Source: an uncultured Chloroflexia bacterium
GTDB lineage: Bacteria > Chloroflexota > Anaerolineae > JAAYZQ01
Direction: 5' to 3'
NCBI GenBank assembly: GCA_963700285.1
Contig: CAVOXA010000009.1
Location: forward strand, 1 to 64,000
DNA: 64,000 nucleotides
Both the position numbers and the translations under genes were made by a program. Positions within the stretch are counted from its first letter, which is position 1. Each line of letters begins with the position of its first letter. Under the pieces are notes generated by a model. That model searched no databases. It worked only from the letters and a program-made list of their open reading frames with translations, and was not told the origin of the DNA. This document shows, one piece after another, positions 31,415-41,360 of the stretch.

Positions 31415-31443
31415 TTGACAAAAATCCCTGTTGCATCTATAAT
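31415..31443 (+). promoter_or_regulatory. Perfect-consensus sigma70 promoter
   Basis: TTGACA-17 bp-TATAAT. Confidence 0.8.
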
Positions 31444-31865
31444 GGATGTGACTGACAGGGCGCAAGAAACGCTTCCAACACAAGCAGTGCCGAGTAGGCT
31501 GAAGGCGATCTGACTGGCAAGTCTAGCGGTATGTATGCTGTAAAGCTGCCTCATGATACTACGCTGCAGCGCCGAACCCCAGGACCTGCGCAGAACGACT
31601 CTAGTGAGCATTTCCGGCCGCCAATGGGGGGAGGCCCAAAGCAGGACAGGTGTGTGGAAGTCTGGATCGGAACAGCCCTGTCTAGCCGTCCGCGGGACGG
31701 CAGGCCAAGCTTGGGGTCATTTTGACGGCAAAGATCTGGCGTACGCGTGGGAACCAAGCCGGCTGATTGCCCACACCTTTCAGCCAGGCGCGCCCAAAGA
31801 GATAGGACCTACGACGTCTGGCAACGATCCGGTTGCCAGACCGGCGGAGCCTGCCTGGAGTTGAT

Positions 31866-33157
31866 ATGGAAATACTGACCGTTGTCATCCCTGCCTACAA
31901 CGAAGAGGACGGCATCGCGAGCATCATCGATCGGGTGCTGACCATAGCCCCCTCGCTGCAATCGGCGGGCGCTGCCATGGAATTGATTGTCGTCGACGAC
32001 GGTTCCCGCGACCGGACGGCCGAGATCGCGGGTGCTTATCCCGAGGTGCGCCTGGTACAGCACCGCACCAACCACGGCTATGGTGCGGCCCTCAAGACCG
32101 GCTTTGCCCAGGCCCGCGGGACCTGGCTTGGTTTCCTGGATGCCGATGGCACCTACCCGCCCGAGGACTTTCCCGCCCTGCTGGAGGCGGCCCACAAGCA
32201 GAATGCGGATCTGGTCATCGGCTCGCGCATGTCCGGCAGCGAGAGCGAAATGCCCACCAGCCGGCGTGTGGGCAACCTGTTTTTCGCCACCCTCGTCAGC
32301 CTCATCGGCAACCGCCGCATCTCCGACAGCGCCAGCGGCATGCGCATCATCCGCCGCGACGTCCTGCCCAGCCTCTATCCCCTGCCCGACGGGCTGAATT
32401 TTACGCCGGTGATGAGTACCCGGGCCGTCCACGAGCAGCTCAAGATGGTCGAGGTGCCCATCCCCTATGCCGAGCGTGTCGGGCGCTCCAAGCTGACCAT
32501 CGTCGGAGATGGCACCCGCTTCCTGCAGTCCATCGTTTGGACGGCCCTCAACTACAACCCGGTGCGCATCCTGGGCGCCGTTGGCCTGGCCTGCCTGGCG
32601 CTGGCCGCCCTGATCGGCCTGGGGCTGCTGCTGGCCCGGTTGCAGGGCATCACCGAATTGGGTGCATGGGGTGTTTTTTCCCTGTTCGCCGCCCAGGTGC
32701 TCTCCGTGGCCGGGGTCAGCATCTTTGCCCTGGGCGCGACCTTTAACTATCTGGTCTCCCTGTTTCACCGGGAGCCCGTCCGCCAGGGCCTCTTTGGCAA
32801 CGGCCCCTGGGGCCGCCCCATCTTTGACCCACCCCTGGACCGCCATTTCGGCTCGCTGGGGCTGCTGGCGCTCGCTGGGCGGCCTGTTGCTGGGCGCCGC
32901 CAGCCTGGGCTTTGGCCTGTCGGGCTGGCCCGTGAGCCGCCTGTGGCTCTACCTCCTGGCCAGCGCCATGCTGATCCTCGTCGGCCTGCAGCTTGATCAT
33001 CTCCTGGATCGTGATGCGCGTTCTGGAAGGCCTGAACCAGCGCGAGCAGTTGGTGTCTGCGGACCTCGGCGGCCGTGTATTGGAGCGGTCTGAGAAAGAT
33101 CCTGGCCCTGGGGGTGCCGATCACCCTTTGGCGGACAGGGGAGGCCCGGCGGAGTGA
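31866..33157 (+). CDS. Glycosyltransferase family 2 (DPM1-like) with C-terminal TM helices; indels
   Basis: [44 protein letters not shown]. Confidence 0.9.
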
Positions 33158-33179
33158 GCCAGCCATCCAATACGCTCCC

Positions 33180-34376
33180 GTGAGCCGGAAGGGATTCGCC
33201 TGCTGGTCCTTGGTCGTGGCGCTGGTCCTGCTGATTGTTGGGGCAGGCCTGGCGCTGTCGGGGCCAGTCAGGCTTGGTCTGGGCAGCGGTTCCGCCCCCC
33301 AAACTGACTCGGCTCAGCCAGCTCTGGTTCCGCCGCCCACGGCAACCGAGCCGATCCTGCCCCCACCGCCAACGCAAACCATTCAGCCTGAGGCAACTGT
33401 TTCGTCATTGACTCGCTCTTCAGCCATGCCGCCGCCCCCAGAGGACGGGCTGTACAGCCAGCGGGAGCGACTCGGTCTCTGCGGGGGTCAGTATCTGGAC
33501 CAGGACCTGGCCGGGCGATTGGGCGCTGGTTGGTATCTCGACTGGCGGGCCTCGCCGGAAGCAGTCCGCTCGGCAGCGGTTCGCTTGGAAGCGGTGGAAT
33601 ATGTGCCCATGATCCGGCTAAAAGGCGGGCAGCCCAGCCCCAGCGGCGAACACCTGCTGGCTGCTGTGGACGCCATGCCCGGCGCGCTGTGGCTCATCGG
33701 CAATGAGCCAGACGTCGAGTGGCAGGATAATATCCCTCCGGAACTTTACGCGCAGCTCTACCACGACCTGTATGCGCTGCTCAAGGAGCGCGATCCTACA
33801 TGCCAGGTAGCCATTGGTGGCGTCTCGCAACCGACGCCGCTCCGGCTGCGCTACCTGGACCGGATCCTGCAGGAACACAGGAACCGCTATGGTGAGCCCA
33901 TGCCGGTGGACTTCTGGAATGTGCACAACTTTGTCCTTCGCGAGCAGAGGGATAGCTGGGGTGTAGGCATTCCGCCTGGCCTGGCCGATGACTCGGGCCG
34001 GTTACGCGAGATTTCCGATCACGCCGACCTCGGTATCTTCCGGCAGCAGATCGTTGACTTTCGGCGCTGGATGGCGGAACGAGGCCAGCGGGACAAACCC
34101 CTGCTTATCACCGAATACGGCATCTTGATGCCGGCTGACTATGGCTTCCCGCCCGACAAGGTCGAAGGGTTTATGCTGGATACCTTTGAGTTTTTGCGCA
34201 CAGCAACAGATCCAGCCCTGGGCTACCCGGCTGACGGCGACCGGCTGGTGCAGCGCTGGTGCTGGTACAGCCTGTGGGACCTGCGTTATCCCACCGGCAA
34301 TCTACTACAGCCCGGGGGCGAGGAACTCACGCCGCTGGGTGAGGTATTTGGCGAATATGCCCATTCGCTCCCCTAA
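33180..34376 (+). CDS. Membrane-anchored clan GH-A glycoside hydrolase-like protein
   Basis: N-terminal TM, Pro/Thr linker, WYLDW, GNEPD (acid/base), VHNF, ITEYG (nucleophile); start uncertain. Confidence 0.75.
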   Translation: MSRKGFACWSLVVALVLLIVGAGLALSGPVRLGLGSGSAPQTDSAQPALVPPPTATEPILPPPPTQTIQPEATVSSLTRSSAMPPPPEDGLYSQRERLGLCGGQYLDQDLAGRLGAGWYLDWRASPEAVRSAAVRLEAVEYVPMIRLKGGQPSPSGEHLLAAVDAMPGALWLIGNEPDVEWQDNIPPELYAQLYHDLYALLKERDPTCQVAIGGVSQPTPLRLRYLDRILQEHRNRYGEPMPVDFWNVHNFVLREQRDSWGVGIPPGLADDSGRLREISDHADLGIFRQQIVDFRRWMAERGQRDKPLLITEYGILMPADYGFPPDKVEGFMLDTFEFLRTATDPALGYPADGDRLVQRWCWYSLWDLRYPTGNLLQPGGEELTPLGEVFGEYAHSLP

Positions 34377-34443
34377 CCCCGCGGCCGGTTGGACAGTACC
34401 CGCTGGGCCGATCCGGTTCATCCACAATGGAAAGAAGGAGATC

Positions 34444-34999
34444 ATGCTGCAAGGGAATAGAGGCCAGATCCAGAAACATAGGTTGTAGGTGCTCACAGGG
34501 ATGGCGCTGATGGTCATGCTGGCGCTGGTTGTGCCCACCGCCGGTGGGCCGCCTACCCTGCGCCCCCCGGAGGTAGTTAAAGAAGGCCAGCGAAAAGACC
34601 ATGGCCGTTGGCCAGCAGGTCAGATTCAGCGTCGTCGTCCTCAACCCCGACGAGTCGAATCAGGCCGAGTGGCGCGACGTGACAATCACGGACGAGATTG
34701 ACCCCGCCTTCCGCATTGACAGCGTGAGTGTCGATCCGCAGGCCAGCGATGTCCGTACGGACGGTAACAGGGTCGTCGTCGAATACGGAAACCTGGCGCC
34801 GGGCGAGGGCTTTGAGGTCGTCATCCGCTGCACGCTGGTGGGTCCCGCCCAGCCCGGCGATGAGCTCGTCAATCGGGCCAAACTGACCTTCAAGGACGAG
34901 GCCGGTGATCCTCCTAAAGACCCTTCACAAGATAGACATGGGTCTTTCCCTGCTCCAGCCAGGCCTGCGCTGAGCTCAGTCGAAGCATCCGTGATCTAG
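34444..34999 (+). pseudogene. Secreted DUF11-like domain protein; in-frame TAG, a frameshift and an apparently truncated 3' end
   Basis: SD and ATG at 34444, TAG at 34486, hydrophobic signal segment, K....VGQQVRFSVVVLN...DVTITDEID...GNLAPGE; tail runs into repeat-like DNA at 34920-34987. Confidence 0.55.
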
Positions 35000-35021
35000 C
35001 GATTTCTGCTCGTTTCAGCGC

Positions 35022-35050
35022 CTGGCATCGGGTCACGGACCCGATGCCAG
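35022..35050. terminator. Perfect 13-bp hairpin
   Basis: ctggcatcgggtc-acg-gacccgatgccag. Confidence 0.6.
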
Positions 35051-35223
35051 CGACCAATATGCTCACCGCCGTGGTCTGAAATAACACCAAGATCCTGGCA
35101 GGCTTGGCCGCTCATCGTGCAGTAGGCACTTTTTCCATGAGCGGCTTTGACTTTTGCTCGAGAAGCAAGTACAATTGCGGTTCCGAACGGAGAGGCCGCT
35201 TTGACACTGAAAGGATCTAACCC

Positions 35224-35787
35224 ATGGCCCGAATTTTGGCAAGCACCCGCTATCTGATCATCCTACCCGTCCTCGGCCTACTCGTTGCCGCTGCCCTCTT
35301 TTTCGTTCTGGGCGGCATTGGCCTGTTTCGACAGTTGATAGAGCTCACGATTTCCGCACTGGAAGTCGTTTCAGGCCAAAGCGAGGCGATGGATAGAGGC
35401 GAGGTCATCTTTGAGGTGGTCGAGTTCGTGCACCTATTCCTGGTGGGCACGGTGCTCTTTATCACGGCCGCCGGCCTCTACCAGCTCTTTATCAAGGAGA
35501 TCAATTTCCCCAGATGGCTCAGGATCGAAAGCACGGAAGAGCTGGAAACGAACCTCATCGGTGTGACCGTCGTCGTTCTGGCCGTCAACTTTATGGGCGC
35601 CGTCTTTGTCGGGGAGACGGAACGCCTGCTGGAGTACGGCGCCGGCATCGCCCTGCCCATCGCCGCCCTGGGGCTCTTTGTCGGCCTGCGCGCCTGGTCG
35701 GTCAAGATCGGCAAAGAGACCCTAGAGGAAGAAGCGAGCTGGGAGGCGGCTACGGGCAGGCAGGACACCAAGTCGAGCGAGGAATAG
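35224..35787 (+). CDS. YqhA (UPF0114) family membrane protein
   Basis: TRYLIILPV, GLYQLFI, WLRIES.EEL; promoter TTGACT-17-TACAAT at 35147-35175. Confidence 0.85.
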   Translation: MARILASTRYLIILPVLGLLVAAALFFVLGGIGLFRQLIELTISALEVVSGQSEAMDRGEVIFEVVEFVHLFLVGTVLFITAAGLYQLFIKEINFPRWLRIESTEELETNLIGVTVVVLAVNFMGAVFVGETERLLEYGAGIALPIAALGLFVGLRAWSVKIGKETLEEEASWEAATGRQDTKSSEE

Positions 35788-35819
35788 GCCAGGACAAAGG
35801 ACTGGAGACAGCGAACCAC

Positions 35820-36689
35820 ATGGCTCGAATCAAGACCAAAGCGCTCCCTCAACGCGACAAGGACAACGGCATCCGTGAGCTTTTTATCCTGGCGCTCACC
35901 GTGTTGTCTCTGTCGATGGTGACCGCCTACTACCTGCTGCCGCTCACAGATGCAACCAAACAGACCCTGCTCTGGCTCGATGTGCCCATCAGCCTCATCT
36001 TCCTGGTCGACGCTTTCGGCTGCCTGCGCCGCGCACCCAGCAAACGGGCCTACCTGAAGTGGGGCTGGCTGGACTTTCTGGGCAGCGTGCCGCTGATCCT
36101 TCCCCTCCGTTTGGCGCGCCTGCGACGCACGGTCCAGATTTGGCACACCCTGCGTATACGGCGGCTGAGCCAGGTGGGCGAGGACCTGGATCAGAACCGG
36201 GCCCAGGCTGCTGCCCTGATCACCGTGCTGCTGGCCCTCGTGGTCATGACGACGGCGACCGTTGCCGTGCTCGAGTTCGAGAGCGAGGTACCAGGGGCCA
36301 ACATCCGCTCGGGACAGGACGCCCTCTGGTGGTCGCTCGTAACCATGGCCACCATCGGCTATGGCGATTACTTTCCCATCACAACCGGGGGCCGGTTCGC
36401 GGCCGCAGCGCTGATGACGGTGGGCGTTGGCATCTTTGGCGTGCTGGCCAGTTTCCTGGCCAACCTCTTCTTGCCCAGGGCCTCTGATGATGGCGGAGAC
36501 CCGGACGAAACCGGGGGCCCGGACGAAACCGGGAGCCCGGATCTGGCCGGCATCCAGGCCGAGCTGGCCGCGGTGAACGCGCGACTGGACGCCATCCAGG
36601 CCCTGCTCGACCAGGGCCTCCCTCCCGGCCAATCAGGCCAGGCCTCGAGCGGCACCAACCCTCACCCGGATACCGCCCAGCAAGACTGA
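35820..36689 (+). CDS. 6-TM potassium channel (ion transporter)
   Basis: S4-like LRLARLRR; WWSLVTMATIGYGD selectivity filter; 18-bp tandem repeat encoding PDETG in the tail. Confidence 0.92.
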   Translation: MARIKTKALPQRDKDNGIRELFILALTVLSLSMVTAYYLLPLTDATKQTLLWLDVPISLIFLVDAFGCLRRAPSKRAYLKWGWLDFLGSVPLILPLRLARLRRTVQIWHTLRIRRLSQVGEDLDQNRAQAAALITVLLALVVMTTATVAVLEFESEVPGANIRSGQDALWWSLVTMATIGYGDYFPITTGGRFAAAALMTVGVGIFGVLASFLANLFLPRASDDGGDPDETGGPDETGSPDLAGIQAELAAVNARLDAIQALLDQGLPPGQSGQASSGTNPHPDTAQQD

Positions 36690-36722
36690 GCTATCAAGTT
36701 GTTGGTATCGGCAGCAAGGGTA

Positions 36723-36796
36723 CAACGGATGGGCAGGCTTCAACGGATCGGTCGCCTCTGATCAGTAAATCCTGCCGATCCGCTTTCCGATCCCCA
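36723..36796. repeat. ~75-bp imperfect palindrome, copy 1 (direct repeat of 40950-41024)
   Basis: caacggatgggcaggcttcaacggatcggtcgcc...aaatcctgccgatccgct. Confidence 0.85.
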
Positions 36797-36883
36797 AAGC
36801 CTCTGGCCAATTCTCTACCGGTAGTGCATTGTTTTCGGCCTGCACTGCCAGGGAACACTACGGCTGTTGCATTGTCGGAGACA

Positions 36884-36981
36884 AACCTCCCACAGGTTTG
36901 TCCGCTGAGCAGATACCAGCGGAAGTGGCCTGGGTTCACCCGTGCGCAGGCGCCTGAAGAAGCGAAAACCTGCGGGAGGTT
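36884..36981. repeat. REP-like inverted-repeat pair
   Basis: aacctcccacaggttt ... aaacctgcgggaggtt. Confidence 0.75.
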
Positions 36982-37031
36982 GACCTGGTCAAAGGGCTTT
37001 GCAGCAGTCCTGCAGGGAACACGACGCGAGT

Positions 37032-37060
37032 TTGACTCTTGGGTCCTGCCAGTCTATAAT
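37032..37060 (+). promoter_or_regulatory. sigma70 promoter with ~270-nt leader
   Basis: TTGACT-17 bp-TATAAT. Confidence 0.7.
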
Positions 37061-37335
37061 AGCCTTGACAAGCCCGAGGCAAATCGAATAACCCGTTGCT
37101 CCTGGAACCACCAGAGTGGGTGAGCAGGCAACGGCAGGATTCCACAGGAAGGGAAGGGAGACCGTGGACCAAAAGTCTCCTGGCTGGCATGATTACTGCC
37201 CCTCGCCTGCGTCTGGATTCCCCGCTTGCTACAGCTCAACCACGGCAGTCTTCGAATAGATACCCCCACAAGCCCAACCCGCGATCCGAGTGCGCAGGCG
37301 GCGTGTCCTGCCCAATTATCAAGGGAGGAGAAAAC

Positions 37336-40300
37336 ATGAAACGGTCACGGTTCGCAGGAATTGCAGTCCAACTTTTGCTGTTGGGGATGCTGCTCGTAGC
37401 CATCAACACGGCGGCAAGTCTGGCCCAGGAACCTGTCCCGCCGCAACCTGAGGAGAGCGCTGCCTCGTCGTTCCAACCCCATGTTCCCCGCCGGCCGGCC
37501 AAATGGGACAACCTGGGCCTAAAGCTGGCCGATGGCCACATCACCGACCCCCTGGCCAATGGCCGCAGAGAATTCGACTGGGACAAGATCGCCTTGCTCT
37601 GGCAAAATGAGTCGGACTGGAACCTCACGGCCAAAACCTACGACGTCAACGCCAAGCTCGAGGCTCCCATCGCCAAAGACAGGCGCACGGTCACGAGGAT
37701 AGACCTGGCGGGCAACATGGACATGGCCGCCGGCCATCTGGGCGCCAAACCCGGATGGATCCAGACCGTGGCCGCGTACCAAAGCGCCCAGAACCATATA
37801 TTCATGATGCTTCAGCATATGGACGCCGATCTCAAGATCGACTGGATCGAGCCCTTTGACACCGGGGAAAAGGTCGCAGGCGAGTACACCGAAGGAATCT
37901 ACCAGTATGGGGCCCAGATCCGCCTGGCCACCGGCGACTTTGACGCCGATGGCCTCGACGAGGTCGTCATGGCCTGGGAGGCCTATGGACCGCGTCTGTA
38001 TCTCAAGGTCTACGATACAGGCGCTGGCTGGACGCTCATACCCAAAGGCAAGATCAGTGATGAATACCTCTATGGGGCCAAGTTCCTCGATATGGCCACC
38101 GGCGATTTTGACGGCGATGGCAAGGATGAGATAGCCATTGCCTTTGATGGCTATACCGAGCTGACCGTCAAGGTCTACGACGTGGACGGAAACGGCAATC
38201 TGGTGGCCAAGGCCAAGCTGGGGAACCAGGGGACGTGGCCGGGCCAGATCTCCGTCGCCACGGGTGATATCAGCGGCAACGGCGTCGACGAGATCGTGGT
38301 CGCCTTCAATCTCGTGAATTCTGTTGAAGGGACCCAACTCAAGGTCTACGAGGTGAGCAAAGACCTCCGGACGCTCACCCTCAAAGGCAGCACCAACCAA
38401 CCCTTCACGCCTGTCACCCGCAGCAGCGTGGTTGGCGTGGGCGCTGGCGACTTTAACCTCGACGGCTTTGACGAGATCGCCCTTGCCTACCCCATGGGCC
38501 CCGACACCACCTATTATGGCCGGTGCTACGTGCAGGTCTACGCTGCCGACGTGACCACCGACACCCACCAGATCACAAAACTGCTCCCCAGGCAGAGGTT
38601 GCTTTCCGACTGGCTATATACCCATGGCGAGCTCTCACTGTCCGTGGGCGACATGAACCGCGACGCGGTCGACGAGATCGTGGCTGCTCAGGAAAAGAGG
38701 ACCCCTGCGACGACCAGCGACATCGCGGTGGGGATCTTTTCTGTCGGCCCCCAGCTCGACTATGTCAAGCAGGAAGGCCTCACCAAGACCGGGGAGCATG
38801 TATACACGACCGCATCCAGCAACGGCCATGTGGCCATGGCCATTGGCGGCTACGACGGCAACAACGTCTACGTCGGTCAGGGCAAGTACTGGCCCCTTGA
38901 AAAGACCTTGCAGAACCTCGCCACCATCAACGCCCCGCCCAAACACAGAGACACGGTAGGCGGCGATACCGTCGACGTCAACGTCACCGATCGATGCCAT
39001 CCCCCCGTCGGCCCACCCTGCACCTATGCCAAGTACGAGAATGAGCAAAAGACCAGCACCACGATGAGCCTGGAGACCCACGCCGACTGGGCCGTTTCCA
39101 TCGAAGTCAAGCGCGACTTCAAGTTCGTCTCGGCCAGCATGGAAGCTTCCTACAGCGGCAGCTTTGAGGAGGAAAGCAGCAGGTACAAGTCCATCGAATT
39201 CGGATACGACGTTGAGGCCGACCACGACGACGCCGTCATCCGTATCGCCCAAGGCCTGCACGTCTGGGAGTACCCGGTCTACGCCCCAGACGCCGGCCAC
39301 CAGAATGGCCACATCCTGGTCGTCTTCCCCATGCAGGTCATCCCCGAATGTGTAAAGGACTGTGAGGTCGCCACCACAGCCTTTATCTCCGGCAAGGCCG
39401 TGACCTCTGGCTACCGGCCCAACCACGAGTTTGGCAACGCCATGTCCTATTCGAATCAGGTTCCCACCGACGTCAAAACATCGATAAAGTCCGGCGCCGC
39501 ATTCATGCTCGGTGCCAATCCCTACCAGATGTGGGTCAAGTGGGATGATATCAAAGAGAGCCAGACCAAGATAAGCAACGAGATGGACCTCCAAGAGTCG
39601 CTGAAAGCGACGATCAAAGGAGTAACCCTGCAGCAAAAAGGCAAGTACGGCGCGGGCGAAGTGACGGTGAACAAGGCCAGCTTTGAGACCAGCACCTCCA
39701 TCCACCTCTACCTTGACGAAATCGAACAGCAGTACGCCTATGAGGTGCGCCCTATCCTCTACTGGGCCAAGCCGGATGGCCGCCTGGTGCTGGACTATGC
39801 CGTGCTGCCAGGAGCGACCGTCAAACCCCAGCCTCCCACCTGGTGGCAGAAGGAATACGGCGTCGATCCTGATCCAGCCTTTAACCTGCCCTGGAAGGAC
39901 GGCGAGGAGGGGCCAGAGTGGGTGCTGGTGAGCAGAGAGATCGACCTCGACCCCCTCTCGCCCACGGCCGGAGACCAGGTGACCATCACCGCCAAGGTGC
40001 GCAACTACAGCCTGGTGGGGGTCGACAACGTGCCCGTACGCTTCTATGCCGGCGACCCGGACAAAGGGGGACAGGTGATCGGCAACGAGACCGTTGACCT
40101 CAGCCCCATGTTATCCGACGAAGCGGTGCTGCACTTTGACACCACCGGCTACGCCGGTCAGACGCTGGACATCTTTTGCGTGATCGACCCCAAGGGCACC
40201 ATACAGGAGGTGCACGAGGACAACAACAAGGCCTATGCGCGGCTGCCGGTGGTACCGCCCGGCGACGCAACTTCGCCTGCGAGCTTGTCCATCTCCCCCG

Positions 40301-40650
40301 ACAGCATCACCTTCGATCCCGAGCTGCCGGCCGCCGGCGAGGCGGTCCAGATCTCGGCCACCATCCGCGCCAGCGGCGACACCTTCACCCACGTCGCCGT
40401 CGAGTTCTGGGACGGCGACCCGGCGGCCGGCGGCCGGTATATTGGCGGGCGAATGATCCCCATGATCCTGGCCGGACAGAGCAGCACAACCAGTGTCCGT
40501 TGGGATACATCCGGCCTGCGAGGCCAGCGCGACATCTGGGTCGTGGTCCACCAGCACCCCGACGAGGATACTGCCATGGACAACCGGGCCCGCAGGGCCC
40601 TGAACCTGGAACCGCACCGGCTGTACCTGCCGGCGGTGTGGAAGAACTAG
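37336..40650 (+). CDS. Large secreted protein: FG-GAP/VCBS repeats, central Ser/Thr-rich region, two CARDB-like domains, LYLPAVWKN tail
   Basis: GGAGG plus ATG; signal peptide; repeated (A)TGDFDGDGxDEI; V.F[YW].GDP..GG..IG twice; IDP...I.E..EDNN. Confidence 0.88.
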   Translation: MKRSRFAGIAVQLLLLGMLLVAINTAASLAQEPVPPQPEESAASSFQPHVPRRPAKWDNLGLKLADGHITDPLANGRREFDWDKIALLWQNESDWNLTAKTYDVNAKLEAPIAKDRRTVTRIDLAGNMDMAAGHLGAKPGWIQTVAAYQSAQNHIFMMLQHMDADLKIDWIEPFDTGEKVAGEYTEGIYQYGAQIRLATGDFDADGLDEVVMAWEAYGPRLYLKVYDTGAGWTLIPKGKISDEYLYGAKFLDMATGDFDGDGKDEIAIAFDGYTELTVKVYDVDGNGNLVAKAKLGNQGTWPGQISVATGDISGNGVDEIVVAFNLVNSVEGTQLKVYEVSKDLRTLTLKGSTNQPFTPVTRSSVVGVGAGDFNLDGFDEIALAYPMGPDTTYYGRCYVQVYAADVTTDTHQITKLLPRQRLLSDWLYTHGELSLSVGDMNRDAVDEIVAAQEKRTPATTSDIAVGIFSVGPQLDYVKQEGLTKTGEHVYTTASSNGHVAMAIGGYDGNNVYVGQGKYWPLEKTLQNLATINAPPKHRDTVGGDTVDVNVTDRCHPPVGPPCTYAKYENEQKTSTTMSLETHADWAVSIEVKRDFKFVSASMEASYSGSFEEESSRYKSIEFGYDVEADHDDAVIRIAQGLHVWEYPVYAPDAGHQNGHILVVFPMQVIPECVKDCEVATTAFISGKAVTSGYRPNHEFGNAMSYSNQVPTDVKTSIKSGAAFMLGANPYQMWVKWDDIKESQTKISNEMDLQESLKATIKGVTLQQKGKYGAGEVTVNKASFETSTSIHLYLDEIEQQYAYEVRPILYWAKPDGRLVLDYAVLPGATVKPQPPTWWQKEYGVDPDPAFNLPWKDGEEGPEWVLVSREIDLDPLSPTAGDQVTITAKVRNYSLVGVDNVPVRFYAGDPDKGGQVIGNETVDLSPMLSDEAVLHFDTTGYAGQTLDIFCVIDPKGTIQEVHEDNNKAYARLPVVPPGDATSPASLSISPDSITFDPELPAAGEAVQISATIRASGDTFTHVAVEFWDGDPAAGGRYIGGRMIPMILAGQSSTTSVRWDTSGLRGQRDIWVVVHQHPDEDTAMDNRARRALNLEPHRLYLPAVWKN

Positions 40651-40697
40651 CGCCGGCCCTTCGCCGCCGGTCGCGAGGCGACGATCGGCAGAGTATC

Positions 40698-40728
40698 ACT
40701 GGGCGAGGCCTGTCAGGCCTCGCCCAGT
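40698..40728. terminator. Perfect hairpin downstream of the large gene
   Basis: actgggcgaggcctg-t-caggcctcgcccagt. Confidence 0.65.
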
Positions 40729-40949
40729 CCGATTACGCAAACTATGCGCGAAGCGGTGACTCCAATACCCTGCAAGCCACCGGCCCCCGACCTACGCGGC
40801 CAGGTGGCGGCCATCGAGCAGGCCCTGACTGGCAGCACCGGGCCCACCTGATGGGCCAAGCTCTCCCCCTCTCCCCCTCACCCCTTCTCCCCGTCATCCC
40901 CTTCACCATCCCCCCACAACCACAATGCCCCCAGTCGCCGGCAACAGGC

Positions 40950-41024
40950 CAACAGATGCCCAGGCTTCAACAGATCCGTCGCCCCTAATCCGCCAAATCC
41001 TGCCGATCCGCTGTCCTATCCCCA
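40950..41024. repeat. ~75-bp imperfect palindrome, copy 2
   Basis: caacagatgcccaggcttcaacagatccgtcgcc...aaatcctgccgatccgct; about 12 differences from copy 1 by manual alignment. Confidence 0.85.
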
Positions 41025-41027
41025 GTG

Positions 41028-41096
41028 AACCGCGGAGACGCGGAGGGCACGGAGAAAAGCCTGAAAAGACTCGGTATCCTCCGTGTCTCCGTGGTT
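41028..41096. repeat. REP-like imperfect palindrome (family of 9646-9737)
   Basis: aaccgcggagacgcggagggcacggag...cctccgtgtctccgtggtt. Confidence 0.75.
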
Positions 41097-41360
41097 ATGT
41101 AGGCTAAGGGCTTGGCGTTAGAGGCCGTTGGCAACTGGGCCCCAAGGGTTTTCCGCCTGACCTTCGGTCCGTACCTTGAGGGTCTGGTTGCTGGCGACTG
41201 GTAACCAATGAGCGCTACACGCCACCCAATCCACCACCACCCGCACACCCGCCCCAACCACCCCACGGCAAACAAGAGCCCCACTTGCCACCCAAACTAT
41301 TGTGTGCTATCATAACAATGTAGTCAGGTCAACGCAGTTTGCCAGCCCAAGGAGATCAGG

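Noticed and set aside
34486-34488. In-frame TAG as pyrrolysine
   Set aside because: It lies in a signal-peptide region of a non-enzymatic protein, and there are no pyl genes in the window.
37519-39705. Long antisense ORFs (349 and 356 aa), and similar ones elsewhere
   Set aside because: Shadow frames of GC-rich coding genes with no recognisable motifs.
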